DNA of 63,681 bases from Halocafeteria seosinensis (taxonomy: Eukaryota): the NCBI GenBank assembly GCA_001687465.1, contig LVLI01000027.1:1-63681 (forward strand), read 5' to 3'. Every line of letters begins with the position of its first letter. The stretch's first letter is position 1. The position numbers and the translations under genes are program-made. This document shows positions 1-10,259 of the stretch, one piece after another. A model generated the notes under the pieces. It saw only the letters and a program-made list of their open reading frames with translations, was not told the DNA's origin and made no database searches.

Positions 1-440
1 CTGCGTAGCAGCTTGGGAACGATTTACTTCTTGAGCCGACGACTCGCTCCTCGGTTGATCCCGTGACGACTGGGCCGTGGAGCTACTTGAAGGAGTTCCG
101 GATATCGTGAGTGTTGTCGTGCAAGTTGTGGACGACCTTGGCGCCAGTGACGAAGTCGCTGTGTAGCTGGCATTCTGCGTAGCAGCTTGGGAACGATTTA
201 CTTCTTGAGCCGACGACTCGCTCCTCGGTTGATCCCGTGACGACTGGGCCGTGGAGCTACTTGAAGGAGTTCCGGATATCGTGAGTGTTGTCGTGCAAGT
301 TGTGGACGACCTTGGCCCAGTGACGAAGCGTGTAGCTGGCATTCTGCGTAGCAGCTTGGGAACGATTTACTTCTTGAGCCGACGACTCGCTCCTCGGTTG
401 ATCCCGTGACGACTGGGCCGTGGAGCTACTTGAAGGAGTT
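1..440 (-). repeat. Tandem repeat, 174-bp unit (about 2.6 copies, cut by the window edge), encoding a Ser/Thr-rich mucin-like peptide on the minus strand
   Basis: The unit start CTGCGTAGCAGCTTGGG recurs at 1, 175 and 344. Unit 1 is 174 nt (58 codons) and unit 2 is 169 nt (small deletions). Minus-strand reading: ...SGTPSSSSTAQSSRDQPRSESSAQEVNRSQAATQNASYT... Confidence 0.9.
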
Positions 441-523
441 AGGTTCAATTCAGTAACGTCCGTGGGAATACTAAGACCCGGGGCACATCACCTTGTTCAC
501 TCAGATCTTCCACTAGAACGACA

Positions 524-1942
524 TTGTTGAGCAGATTCATGAGATCTCCCTTTGCCTACATGGTTCCGAGACGGCGCAATTCCCCCGAAGAATGCTTGGT
601 TTATTCTTGTTACTTGGTACCTGCCAGTAGTGAGCCGCAGCTGCTAAAGGTCAGACCTCAGTACCATTATGACGGTAGAGAGGATTTAAAGAGCATGGAT
701 GCAGCGGAATGAAACAAACCTGCTACTTTGGTATCAGGGAAGACTACATAAGAGTCAGGAGATGAATAAGAATCACAAGGAGTTTTGTCGCATGATGAAC
801 AATCTGGAAAAGCCCTTAAAACAGAGGTGGGAATTGTTCAATAAGAGTCACGAAATAACGTCAGCGGTGAGATGGGACTCACTCCATCTACGAGAGTATC
901 GCAAGCAGCCGCACCGGGTTACACCGTACATCTTACTTACAAAACGGCAAAAGCAGAAATATCGAGAGATTTTTGAAACGTAATAGGTATTCCTTGGCGA
1001 CACGGAGCCCATACCAACTTCAATTGAGTAGGTAAGAATTGATCGTGCAACTCAGTAGACTTAGCACACCAATGAGCTCAGTTGCCCACGTCGGCCACCA
1101 TTAAAGGTGGGACGGTTTTAAACACCAAATAGTTCATTACTCCAATCCTGCAGATATGAGACCCTCAAGTTGCCTCAACCCGCCATCCAGAGGCACTCTC
1201 AGCTGCAGGCCCTGGACCCTAGTTCACAACACAACAACCTAATCTATAGTGTCCCGTTGTAACTATGGATCTTGCCAGGTCCTTCTTGAGCCTGGCCCTT
1301 CATTTTCTCGTACCTTCTTGTACGTGAAACAATAAACACGAAACCGATGCGACAACCGGTAGCATTGTCTTACAGATACCTCGTCACTACAATCACGACG
1401 ACTACGATTCTCATGATGTAGTCCTAGTTGAGGTGGAAAATTGTCATTCTGGAAACAGTTGCGCCTGTGGATTTTACGGATAATGCAAGCACATCCTTTT
1501 CGCCCAAAGTTTACAGATGAGTTTTGCCTTCACTGTGCGGTTCTACGATACCAAAGCGATCGCTACCCGTCACGTATTACAGTGTGTGAGTATTCGGCCA
1601 ACTTCATGGAGCAAGAGGATCCCGACGACATTCTTACAATCTCGCATTTCCGAGGTAGTAGCACTCGCACCATCATGTCGCAAACGCACGTCAGAACTAG
1701 GGCCCGTCAACCGGTCAGACGAGGTCCAGGTAGACTCCCCGGAGGAACAAATTCAAGGAACCCGTCAGTTGCTCGAGGGCGCGGTGCTGGAAGGCCCACA
1801 CGTCAGCTGGATACCGAAGGAAACCCCATCGTCACTCCACCACCTTCTCCACCTCAGCCGAGGTCGATACACTACGAGCAGAACTAGCAGCTCTTGCGTA
1901 CAACTGGAGCATTCAAACGTTTGTTCCAGCGGCCAAAAATAG
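524..1942 (+). mobile_element. Decayed transposase-like remnant, possibly MULE/Mutator (SWIM-like zinc finger with internal stop, basic RGxGRP tail)
   Basis: The frame at 1460-1492 reads CACGFYG*CKH, followed by ILFAQ, which fits the SWIM CxC..CxH pattern. A downstream frame has RRGPGRLP and RGRGAGRP. Surrounding ORFs are fragmented, no DDE core is recognisable, and the boundaries are approximate. Confidence 0.35.
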
Positions 1943-2083
1943 CGGCTGATACTCTGCACAGAGGTGTGTGCGGAGAGCAATCGAGTGGCTTGACAAAGGC
2001 CATAGCTATTAGGAGATCCTTGAATAAGGAAGAAGATATTGCTGAGTCAGACTAAGTATTACTTAGTTACTGTGTTGTGATTT

Positions 2084-2180
2084 GTGTGGGGTCCGAGGTG
2101 TGGGGTTTTGTGTGGGGTCACCCGAAAATGTGAATGTACAATGAAATTTTGTGTGGGGTCAACGTCAAAAAATGTGGGGT
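2084..2180 (+). repeat. Cluster of five TGTGGGGT motifs
   Basis: TGTGGGGT occurs at about 2085, 2099, 2111, 2152 and 2173. Confidence 0.8.
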
Positions 2181-3338
2181 ATTCAACAATTCTCCACAAA
2201 ATTGTTGCCGAAGCAAGAAAGAAGCCTGTAATGCAGCCCATTCAGATTCTTTGGGAGGGTGATATACATAATCACAAACCCCCTGTCGACGGAGACATCT
2301 AGTTCGCGACAAAAACGTCCATGGAGGTCGCCTAGATCGCTCGAAGTCCTCTTGTTGCTCGCGCCAGTATCTTACAACATTTGTTGGCCAAACGTGTAAT
2401 CGGAGGTTCCCCTCGTACACCCACATAGTTGTTGGCTAGTGACTGGAGTTCTCTCGCTGTAGGTATCTTCTTTCTTAAAATTGGAAGTTTTCGACTTGAT
2501 CACCAAGAGTTGCAGCGAAGACAGTAAGATTTTTTAGTGGTGCTTGGTTGGATTCTGCGTCAGTGAAGTCAGGTCGATCAGGATGGAAAAATCCAACAAC
2601 TGCGGGGGTAGTGATGAAATACCACTCCACTCTTTGCACATCAAAATTCTGCGACTGTAAGGCGTTTACCACCTCCATCAAATAACGAACCTTGAAACTG
2701 TGGCTGCTAGACATGGTGATTTGAAAAACCTGCAATTTCTTCTGTACAGTCCCGCATATTGAATTATCATAGAGCTATCAGGTGTTGAAACGCACGTTCG
2801 AGATAGTTCTTTGATGACAACCTGCCAAAGTCAGGGTCTCTGAATTGGACACATGCTGGAAGGCAGCATCCGTTATTCAGGGTATTGTCGATTGATAACG
2901 TTAGTCCATGGACAATGACACCAAATTGGAAAGATACCGAAAGGCAGAATCTGTAATAGTTAATTGGTTGCATCTCGTGATATCCAACGTTTTCAAGTTG
3001 CATAGATATTGAATCCGGGAATCTGTAATCAGGGACTGTTCGCAGGCACTCATTGTTAGAAATGTTAGCTTAGATCAATGGCGAAATGCAGTGTCTGTGA
3101 TCATAGTTTGCCGATCGTAGGGTTTGTCTAGTGCATACACACCGGACAGATGCTGAAAGACAGAATTCGTTATCGTCAACTGAATACATCCGCGTATGTT
3201 AAGGAATGTTGAAGCCCGTAAATATGTCGCAAAGCGGAGTCGGTGATGGTGGACTGTGTACAGCACTCCATACACAGCGCTTTCAGGTTCGACAAAAGAC
3301 AAAACGCGGAGTCCGTGAGCTGGATCTCCCGCGTCCAC
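2118..3338 (-). pseudogene. Fragmented gene, possibly a Crinkler/RHS-type restriction-endonuclease-like (CR-REase) domain
   Basis: This is a chain of minus-strand ORFs. 2475-2735 and 2118-2426 share a frame and are separated by two stops. VFQITMSSSHSFK...VEWYFITTP resembles the FQxTxxxxH...LYFVVP pattern of CR-REase domains. Confidence 0.4.
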
Positions 3339-3862
3339 TGATATCCAGCATGCTCAAATTCGACAAATGCTGAAACGCTCGTTCTGTGAACACAGGCTCT
3401 AGGTGAAATTCAGTGCACAATTTCCCACGTAGTGACCTCAAGTTGGAGAAATGCAGGTATTCCTCTGCAACTTGGCAGTGTCACGAAGTAACTGCACTAC
3501 CTGTTCAAAACCCTAAGGGCACTGTGAAACACTGATTGCGCTCGAACATCGACGAAGAATGAAGCTACTTTCACAGCACAACCGAGAATGACCCTTCCTG
3601 TCGAAATTTGGTTGCATTTAATGAATGGTGATGATAGTTATGTAGGGCACCGAAAATGTACAGAGCACGCCAATTCGCTGAGCAGAAAGTGGTATTGGGC
3701 TTTAGCATTCTTTCTAGGGAACGAGTCAACACTTGTACATTCATGACTGGCATCTCATAGCTGCTACAGCACAGTACAACAGCATGGAGAATACCAATCC
3801 CAGCAGCCAGGTTTCTTCTTCGAAGTCTGCGTGACACTTTACGTGGTCCGGAGATACAACTA

Positions 3863-6611
3863 CTAGGAATGAACCACGCACTGATCAGCTATCGCAAGCC
3901 CAGTTTGGTATTTCACACACTGTTCAGTACCGGACAGTTTAAACAAGGTACTGACGAGTCCCTGTGAGCTCCGCAGAATCGCATACAGAGTCCCACCGCA
4001 CTTCGAACGGTAATTATGGACGACAGCCGAATCAACTTCAGATTTCATGCAAAGTTTGTCGCCATCGTATGTCATCGAAAATGGCGTCTCGGATACGCGA
4101 AATTTACGCAGTTTGATCTGGGTGATGTTTCCAGGGGGGAGCAGTGGAGTATTGACAAAACTAAGGATCCCCGGCTCATTCATACGAAGATTCATGTATC
4201 CGTTGACGAGATTTTGCAAGAAACCTCCCGCACCGGCAATAAAATTCAAATGTCCTCCAGTAAGAGTCTCTTTCCATACAAAATAATGCTGCATATCAAT
4301 GTGTGCGTAGGCTGCTTTGAGGATATCGTTGGCTTCAGTGTCGTTACCAAGGGCAAGCCACGCAATGGAATACGCACTATCCCCCGTAAAGTAACCATTT
4401 TGCCTCGTTCGGGGATAATAGTAGAGAAGATCATTCTTTGCAATATTATTGGGCATGCTAAATCCCAAAGGATACTGCAGAAGAGCAACATCTGCTTGAT
4501 TGATCTTCTCACCCCAGTAGCCCTTGAATTCAGGATGGACTGATCCTCCGTCATACAGTTTATCAGACAAGGGTAGATACAAGTTTGATGCAATCTCACT
4601 CCACCAGGAGGAAGCCGTTTTGTTCAGGGCATGGGCCGCTTCCGAGCAGAACATCAATGCTGTTGCTGCTACTCCATTTGTGTATGCCGAATCGTTAACT
4701 ATCAAGGCTGTCTCGTCAGGGGGCTGAACGTTCCAGATGGTGTAGTTTCCCGAACCTTGCTTGCATCCACAGTTTGTTCCTGCTGTGTTGACGCCATGCC
4801 TCAAATTGTGGTTGCTACAACTCGGTTCCGTTCGAGTAAACCTACAAGTCCAGAAGTCACAGGCACCCTTGACGACAGGCCAGGCAACCTCGCTGAGGAA
4901 CTCGTTATCATGGATAGCGTTATACGTCAGCTTCATCGCGTTAGCAATATCCCCGGTGATATGCTGCTCAAACCAGCCTTCAGGATTCGGAAACTGGTCA
5001 CAGCCTATACCAGTATATGCCGATTCCCAAGGAAAGAAAAATCCCTCGAAACCGAATGCTTCAGCTCTTCTGGCTGCTTGACCTGTTCGTTGTAGACGGT
5101 AAACCATCATCTGCTTTGCCATCTTCGGTCTCAGCAATACAATACTGGGCATGACCCAGGTTTCTTGACCCCAAAACCTGTAGTATCAAAGAAAGAGGAT
5201 TGTGGCAATACAATCTGACCAGGAGTTACATATCCATACACTTACGTGTGACCATGATACGCATCGTTTGCAACTCCCCCGGCAGACACACCCCATTGAA
5301 CGAACTCATTCGTGGAAGCGTATATATAGTACAAAGATGCGTTTACGGCAGTGGCAATCGTGTGATTCCCTTCAATCTCGATACCCGCATCCCAGAATCG
5401 GTCCCACTGCATATCATATACTAAAGAGATAAACAAGAGCGCCAAGTTCTCACAGCAAGCATACCTGTTCAAAATGAGAGATCAGTAGGTCATGCGAACT
5501 TTGTTGACTGTAGTTCTTCCAATGATTGATCGACACTTGCAAAGGGTTGTCAATTGTATCAGTGTTGTACACAAATGGGAACGTTGTGTTTTGGCCAGTG
5601 GCAGTAAATTTCAATGGCACCCGGTGCTCATTGCTGCCAGTCGTTTCATCTCGGACTGACCATAGATTCTTTGGAGTAATCCCTATCACTTGCCGAGCGG
5701 GATGACCAGGTAGTTCTGGAAGTTTAGTATAGGCACTCCATACGTCATAACTGTCGTTGCCAGTACTGACTGTACTGCGTGTGTCAGCTGGTTTTCGAGT
5801 GACGTTGACATCCGAGCTGTACTCCGCATCCCACCACCATCTAAGTGTTACATTGCACTTGGCCGAAGGGGTGCCCATTTGCAATGCCTTGGACGACATG
5901 GATTCCGGAAGAGTCTTCACGGTTTCGTCGTCAACGCGATAGCCTTGGTATTCCACAACGAGAAGATCCAACATGTCCGGATTTGCATGAGCATACAAGC
6001 GCTGTTCGATGACCCAATTAAAGCAAGATGGGGTCTGTACGAGTGTGCGATTGTAGAAAACTCCATGCGCAAAGTCTATTCCTCCTGCAACAAACTGGCC
6101 TTCAGGAAGCACCACTTGCACCGGCGAAGGAAGTGCGGCCCGATGGGAAGGAGTGATGTTGTAGAGTCCATTGAAGAGTCCTCCCAAAAAAATCACTGGT
6201 TCAACATGTTCTGCAAATAAGAGCAAGCAAGAAATGAAACGAGATTAACATCATCCAGTCATCCATTGAATTGCACACACTTCCAGTGCGGTCGTGAGAA
6301 CTTACTAAACCATGAGATTTCCGGGAGGGACCCCAGGATTTGTACACCATAATGTCCATTCCCTGCATCATCACCGTGGGTTCGTTTACCCAATATCGAA
6401 ACAATGGCCACAGTGTATTTGGCTTCCACGTACCGACATTGGGAGTAAACCCCGCGGACGGAGTGGAATTCGTCACCGCCATGTCCGATTGCTCCACGCG
6501 CGGTCTCCAATCAGGCGGTATAGACGCATATTCCTCCTCTGTGAGTGCCGACGAGGAGCATGCGGCGAGTGTGACGGACAATAGGGAAAGAAAAAGACCT
6601 CGAAAATGCAT
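3863..6611 (-). CDS. Glycoside hydrolase family 65, acid-trehalase-like/PGGHG-like, with signal peptide; multi-exon
   Basis: N-terminal MHFRGLFLSLLSVTLAAC. Motifs: spliced NVGNGHYG, FWDAGI, ETWVMP-like segment, FPWESA, EQHITGDIA, VQPPDE, NQADVALL, NFIAGAGGFLQ. GT-AG intron at 6433-6363. Confidence 0.88.
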
Positions 6612-6677
6612 GGTAAAGAGCCGGAGGGATCTGGGAGCTCGCACGCCAGGATGGGGATTACAGCGCTCCTATACACA

Positions 6678-6686
<9 letters not shown>

Positions 6687-6734
<48 letters not shown>
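6687..6734. repeat. (AC)24 microsatellite about 75 bp upstream of the GH65 start
   Basis: Perfect AC run. Confidence 0.97.
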
Positions 6735-6735
<1 letters not shown>

Positions 6736-7620
6736 ACTATAATGGCAACACCAGCTCTTTCGTTAGTTCTCCCAATGGTGTCAAAGTGACCTAGACGACG
6801 AAACAAAACAGAAATATACATGTAATGCAATGCAATGGCTGCCACGTGGAACTTCCTTGCCAACAAGTCAAGTTTGGTGCTGGTACCACCCACCGGAAAA
6901 TACCCTTAAGTTTATGCTGGTGGTACCTGGAGCTGATACGTGTTCCATGGCCTACAGTAGAATATAGTGAAAGTGCGTCATCTTCGTTAAGAGTGATGGA
7001 ACTTTTAGGGTTCGCGAGTTATACACCTTGCATGGGTGTACTGTACTGTGTGTTGTACTGTACCGACTACCTGCTCAAAGAGTCAAGGGAACTGTACTGG
7101 TACATGTATTCGGAGTGGGATGATAGCATGATGGGAAAAGGCCTTGTTGCAAATGTTTTCAGACAGGAAACACATGGTTTTGGACCAGCATCTTGGTGCG
7201 TCGGTCCTTCCAGAAAAGCGGGAATGCTCCGAAAATGGCGACTACACACTGACTACAGTAAACTGTATAGACCCCAAGGAGTGGAATGCCAAACCATCAG
7301 ATCACTTAAAGTCCGTGTTGTAGCATCATTGTTAGTAGTACTAAGGTTGGAAACTCCTATATTATTGGTATACGAGAATGCGAGACGATATCAATTCAAC
7401 ATTAGCAATGGCTGGCTTTGCATTTATCATATTGAATGGTTTGTAACGGTATTCAGAAAACCAGGATCATGTCATTCCACACACTGTTCACCGTGTTACG
7501 CAACAAGTACATTGTACAGACTAATGGGAAAGATGGCTTCATATGTTACTCTGTTCGTCTCTTACGTCGACTCAAATCGATTTTCACACTGTTCAGTTGC
7601 CTACGTGGGCTTGTAAGCTC

Positions 7621-9147
7621 CTAAATCACGGTAGTGCAGCTACTACTGTAGTGCTCTGCACCACATGCGTTTTCCCTTTCATCTTTCGCACCCCCGACAT
7701 GCTCCAAATATCCAGCGATCCAGTCATATCCGTTGGAAATTGCAATATCATGGGGTTTTCTATTCCCGTCGTCTTCGCTTGATTGCATTTCGACCTCGGC
7801 ACACGTCCCTTCGATCAAGTACTGCACGACTTCAAAATGACCCCAGTGACAAGCCAACATCAATGGGGTGTATTGTGTTGGGTTACGAGCCCGCTCATTG
7901 ACAGCAGCACCACCTTCTCGAACCAAATATCTCGCTGCTTTGTGGTGTCCATGCTTGCATGCCATCATCAATGGAGACAGGCCACTGTTCTCTTCCAAGA
8001 AATTCACTGTTTGTTGCTGTTGCGTGGCTTTCTCTGCCATATATCTCACCAATTCGTGATCTCCATTTTGACACGCAGCCATCATCCCTTTGCGAAAGTG
8101 GGCCAACAGAAGAGGCGTGTTCCATATTTCGTCCCCACAGCATACAAGCATGAATTCAACAACATCAATGCTTCCCCATGAACACGCAATGTACAAGGAA
8201 GTCATCCCGTCGGACGTCGCATCAACCTTACAAAGGGACGCACCCCCTTTTTTTACAAGTGTCCAAGCAACCATGGCACAGTTATATTCAGCAGCCACCA
8301 TCAGAGGAGTCCGTCCATCTCCTTCACGAGGAATATCCACATCGAGCCCCTCGTCGAGCAATAACTCGAGACAATCGATAGAATCTGCGCGAGCCGCCAG
8401 ATGCAGCAGACTTTCGCCATTTCCAACGCGAGGGGAAATATGGCCGCAACAGGCTTTATGACCGGAAATGTGATTACGAATCAGGTTTGGATCGCGGAAC
8501 GCGATACCCAGGTGATTCATTTGACAAGGGGTCAAATGCACTGGCTCCATTGACGACTTGTCAAGCTGAACGCGATCGGTGACAATGTGTTCGTCCTCTT
8601 CCTCTCTTCGAGAAAGCTTGCTTTGCACACGAAGCCTTTCTAGCGTTTGATTCCATAATGTCTTGTCATCAAGAAGACTGCCTATCACGAGAAAGTTGAC
8701 CGGACCGAGATCAGGACAAGTCTGCCCGAGATTATTCCAGAGTGTTCTCACAACATCAGCACTCTGAATGCTGATGAAGCAATGCTCCAAAAGAAGAGCA
8801 ATGCGATCCTTCTCAGATGCTTGCTTTACAGTATGGGAAAGTGAGTCCCTAAAGTTGCTGCACGCTCTAACCGCAACACGTTTCAGAGTAGTCTCTCCTG
8901 GTTTTGCTCTGCTCGTAGCAATGCAGTTGTGCCTCTTGTGGTGGATAGCTGTTTGACCGTTGTTCTCCGTAATATCAAAAGGGATGAAATGAGCCTCCTT
9001 TCTTGCAGCGAGTGTGGTAACATCCTCCTGAGACTTTGCTCTAGTTACCTGATGTTGGAGGAATCCTAACGTTGCCGTTGGGCTGCTCCGATTCTGATTC
9101 CCTTCAAGAGTAGGAGGAGCGGAATTCCCATGAGGCGAATTTCGCAT
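7621..9147 (-). CDS. Ankyrin repeat protein (508 aa, apparently single exon)
   Basis: Ankyrin consensus repeats GESLLHLAA, GRTPLMVAA, GMTSLYIAC, GLSPLMMAC and YTPLMLAC in the C-terminal half. Confidence 0.88.
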   Translation of the reverse strand: MRNSPHGNSAPPTLEGNQNRSSPTATLGFLQHQVTRAKSQEDVTTLAARKEAHFIPFDITENNGQTAIHHKRHNCIATSRAKPGETTLKRVAVRACSNFRDSLSHTVKQASEKDRIALLLEHCFISIQSADVVRTLWNNLGQTCPDLGPVNFLVIGSLLDDKTLWNQTLERLRVQSKLSRREEEDEHIVTDRVQLDKSSMEPVHLTPCQMNHLGIAFRDPNLIRNHISGHKACCGHISPRVGNGESLLHLAARADSIDCLELLLDEGLDVDIPREGDGRTPLMVAAEYNCAMVAWTLVKKGGASLCKVDATSDGMTSLYIACSWGSIDVVEFMLVCCGDEIWNTPLLLAHFRKGMMAACQNGDHELVRYMAEKATQQQQTVNFLEENSGLSPLMMACKHGHHKAARYLVREGGAAVNERARNPTQYTPLMLACHWGHFEVVQYLIEGTCAEVEMQSSEDDGNRKPHDIAISNGYDWIAGYLEHVGGAKDERENACGAEHYSSSCTTVI

Positions 9148-10259
9148 CGGCTGCTTACGGCAGAATCTTTGGTACGGCTCCCTGAGACATACCGGTAGCG
9201 GTGCGCTGAACGACGAAAGGGTTGAGTGCCTCGCGACTTGGCACTACACTACACACCAGATTATACGTGAAAACAGCTGAGACAATAGACACCGAATGCA
9301 AAGTATCCAAGAGGTCTCCTGTTTCTGCGTTTCCCTTTCGTTCTTATCAGTCCCAAGAAAAAGGAATGGATTTCTTATATCGTATATTTGTTCTTGGCCG
9401 AACAGACGGGCAGCCTTTAGCACAATATACACGCACGCCGTCAATCGCGATAGCTCGTTCAACAAGCCTTCCAACATGAAAGGACCAAAAAAAATCAACA
9501 GCCAACAGTACATACACACTGTGCTGAAGTTGAATACACACACACTTGTAGACAGTAACTTTTTCTGGGTCGCCTTAAAGTCTTGTGAAGGATATAATTG
9601 AAGATCGCCACCACCTTGGAATCGTGTCTCCTTCCCTCCAACATACGGGTCCGTGCCCCCTTTGGCGGTCCAAACTTTTTCTAAATAGACTCAAAAATTC
9701 AAGTAAAAGGACCACGTCGCAGGTCGTCGGCTTCAACAGGCTGCTTCAACAGTTGGATCCTGAGCAAAAACGAGTGTTGAAGTTGCTTGCAATCTCGTGT
9801 CGTCACCAAGCGACACTTCCTATTCTGTACTACTACCTGGAGGGTGCCACATCCTGCGGCTAAGGCCCTAAGGATATCAACACACTGTGTGTCCTGTCCC
9901 TTCACTTCGGCTACAGGAGATTCAGCAGCATAATTTCAATTACACTCCTCACGTGGACAAGCACTTGCAATGGCCGACGGTGGTCTGTGTCACTCTGTGA
10001 TCATTTGGCTTCCACTGGAGACAAAGTTCAAGTTGGACAACAGCTAAACTGTATCGAGACTTACGACACAGAGCTTCCAAACTCCGGTGAAGTTCTGGCA
10101 GAAAATTATATTAATTCTTTGCCACTTACGACACTGGTGGGCTTTGTTCCGCCATCTGATACCTATATTCACTCTTCCCTTCCACTAGTTACATGAATTC
10201 AATCGGATCTCCAGTACAAAAGCAAGGCTGTGTTCGAGCTTGCGAATAACAAATTTGAA

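Noticed and set aside
1..440. CRISPR-like array
   Set aside because: The units are head-to-tail near-identical with no unique spacers, the context is eukaryotic, and there are no cas genes.
6825..7616. 263-aa plus-strand ORF
   Set aside because: No recognisable motif, atypical composition, and it runs through simple TACTG-type tracts. It is unusually long but unsupported as a gene.
9585..10196. Plus-strand ORF fragments between the ankyrin and GLUG genes
   Set aside because: They may be a decayed gene, but I could not recognise any family.
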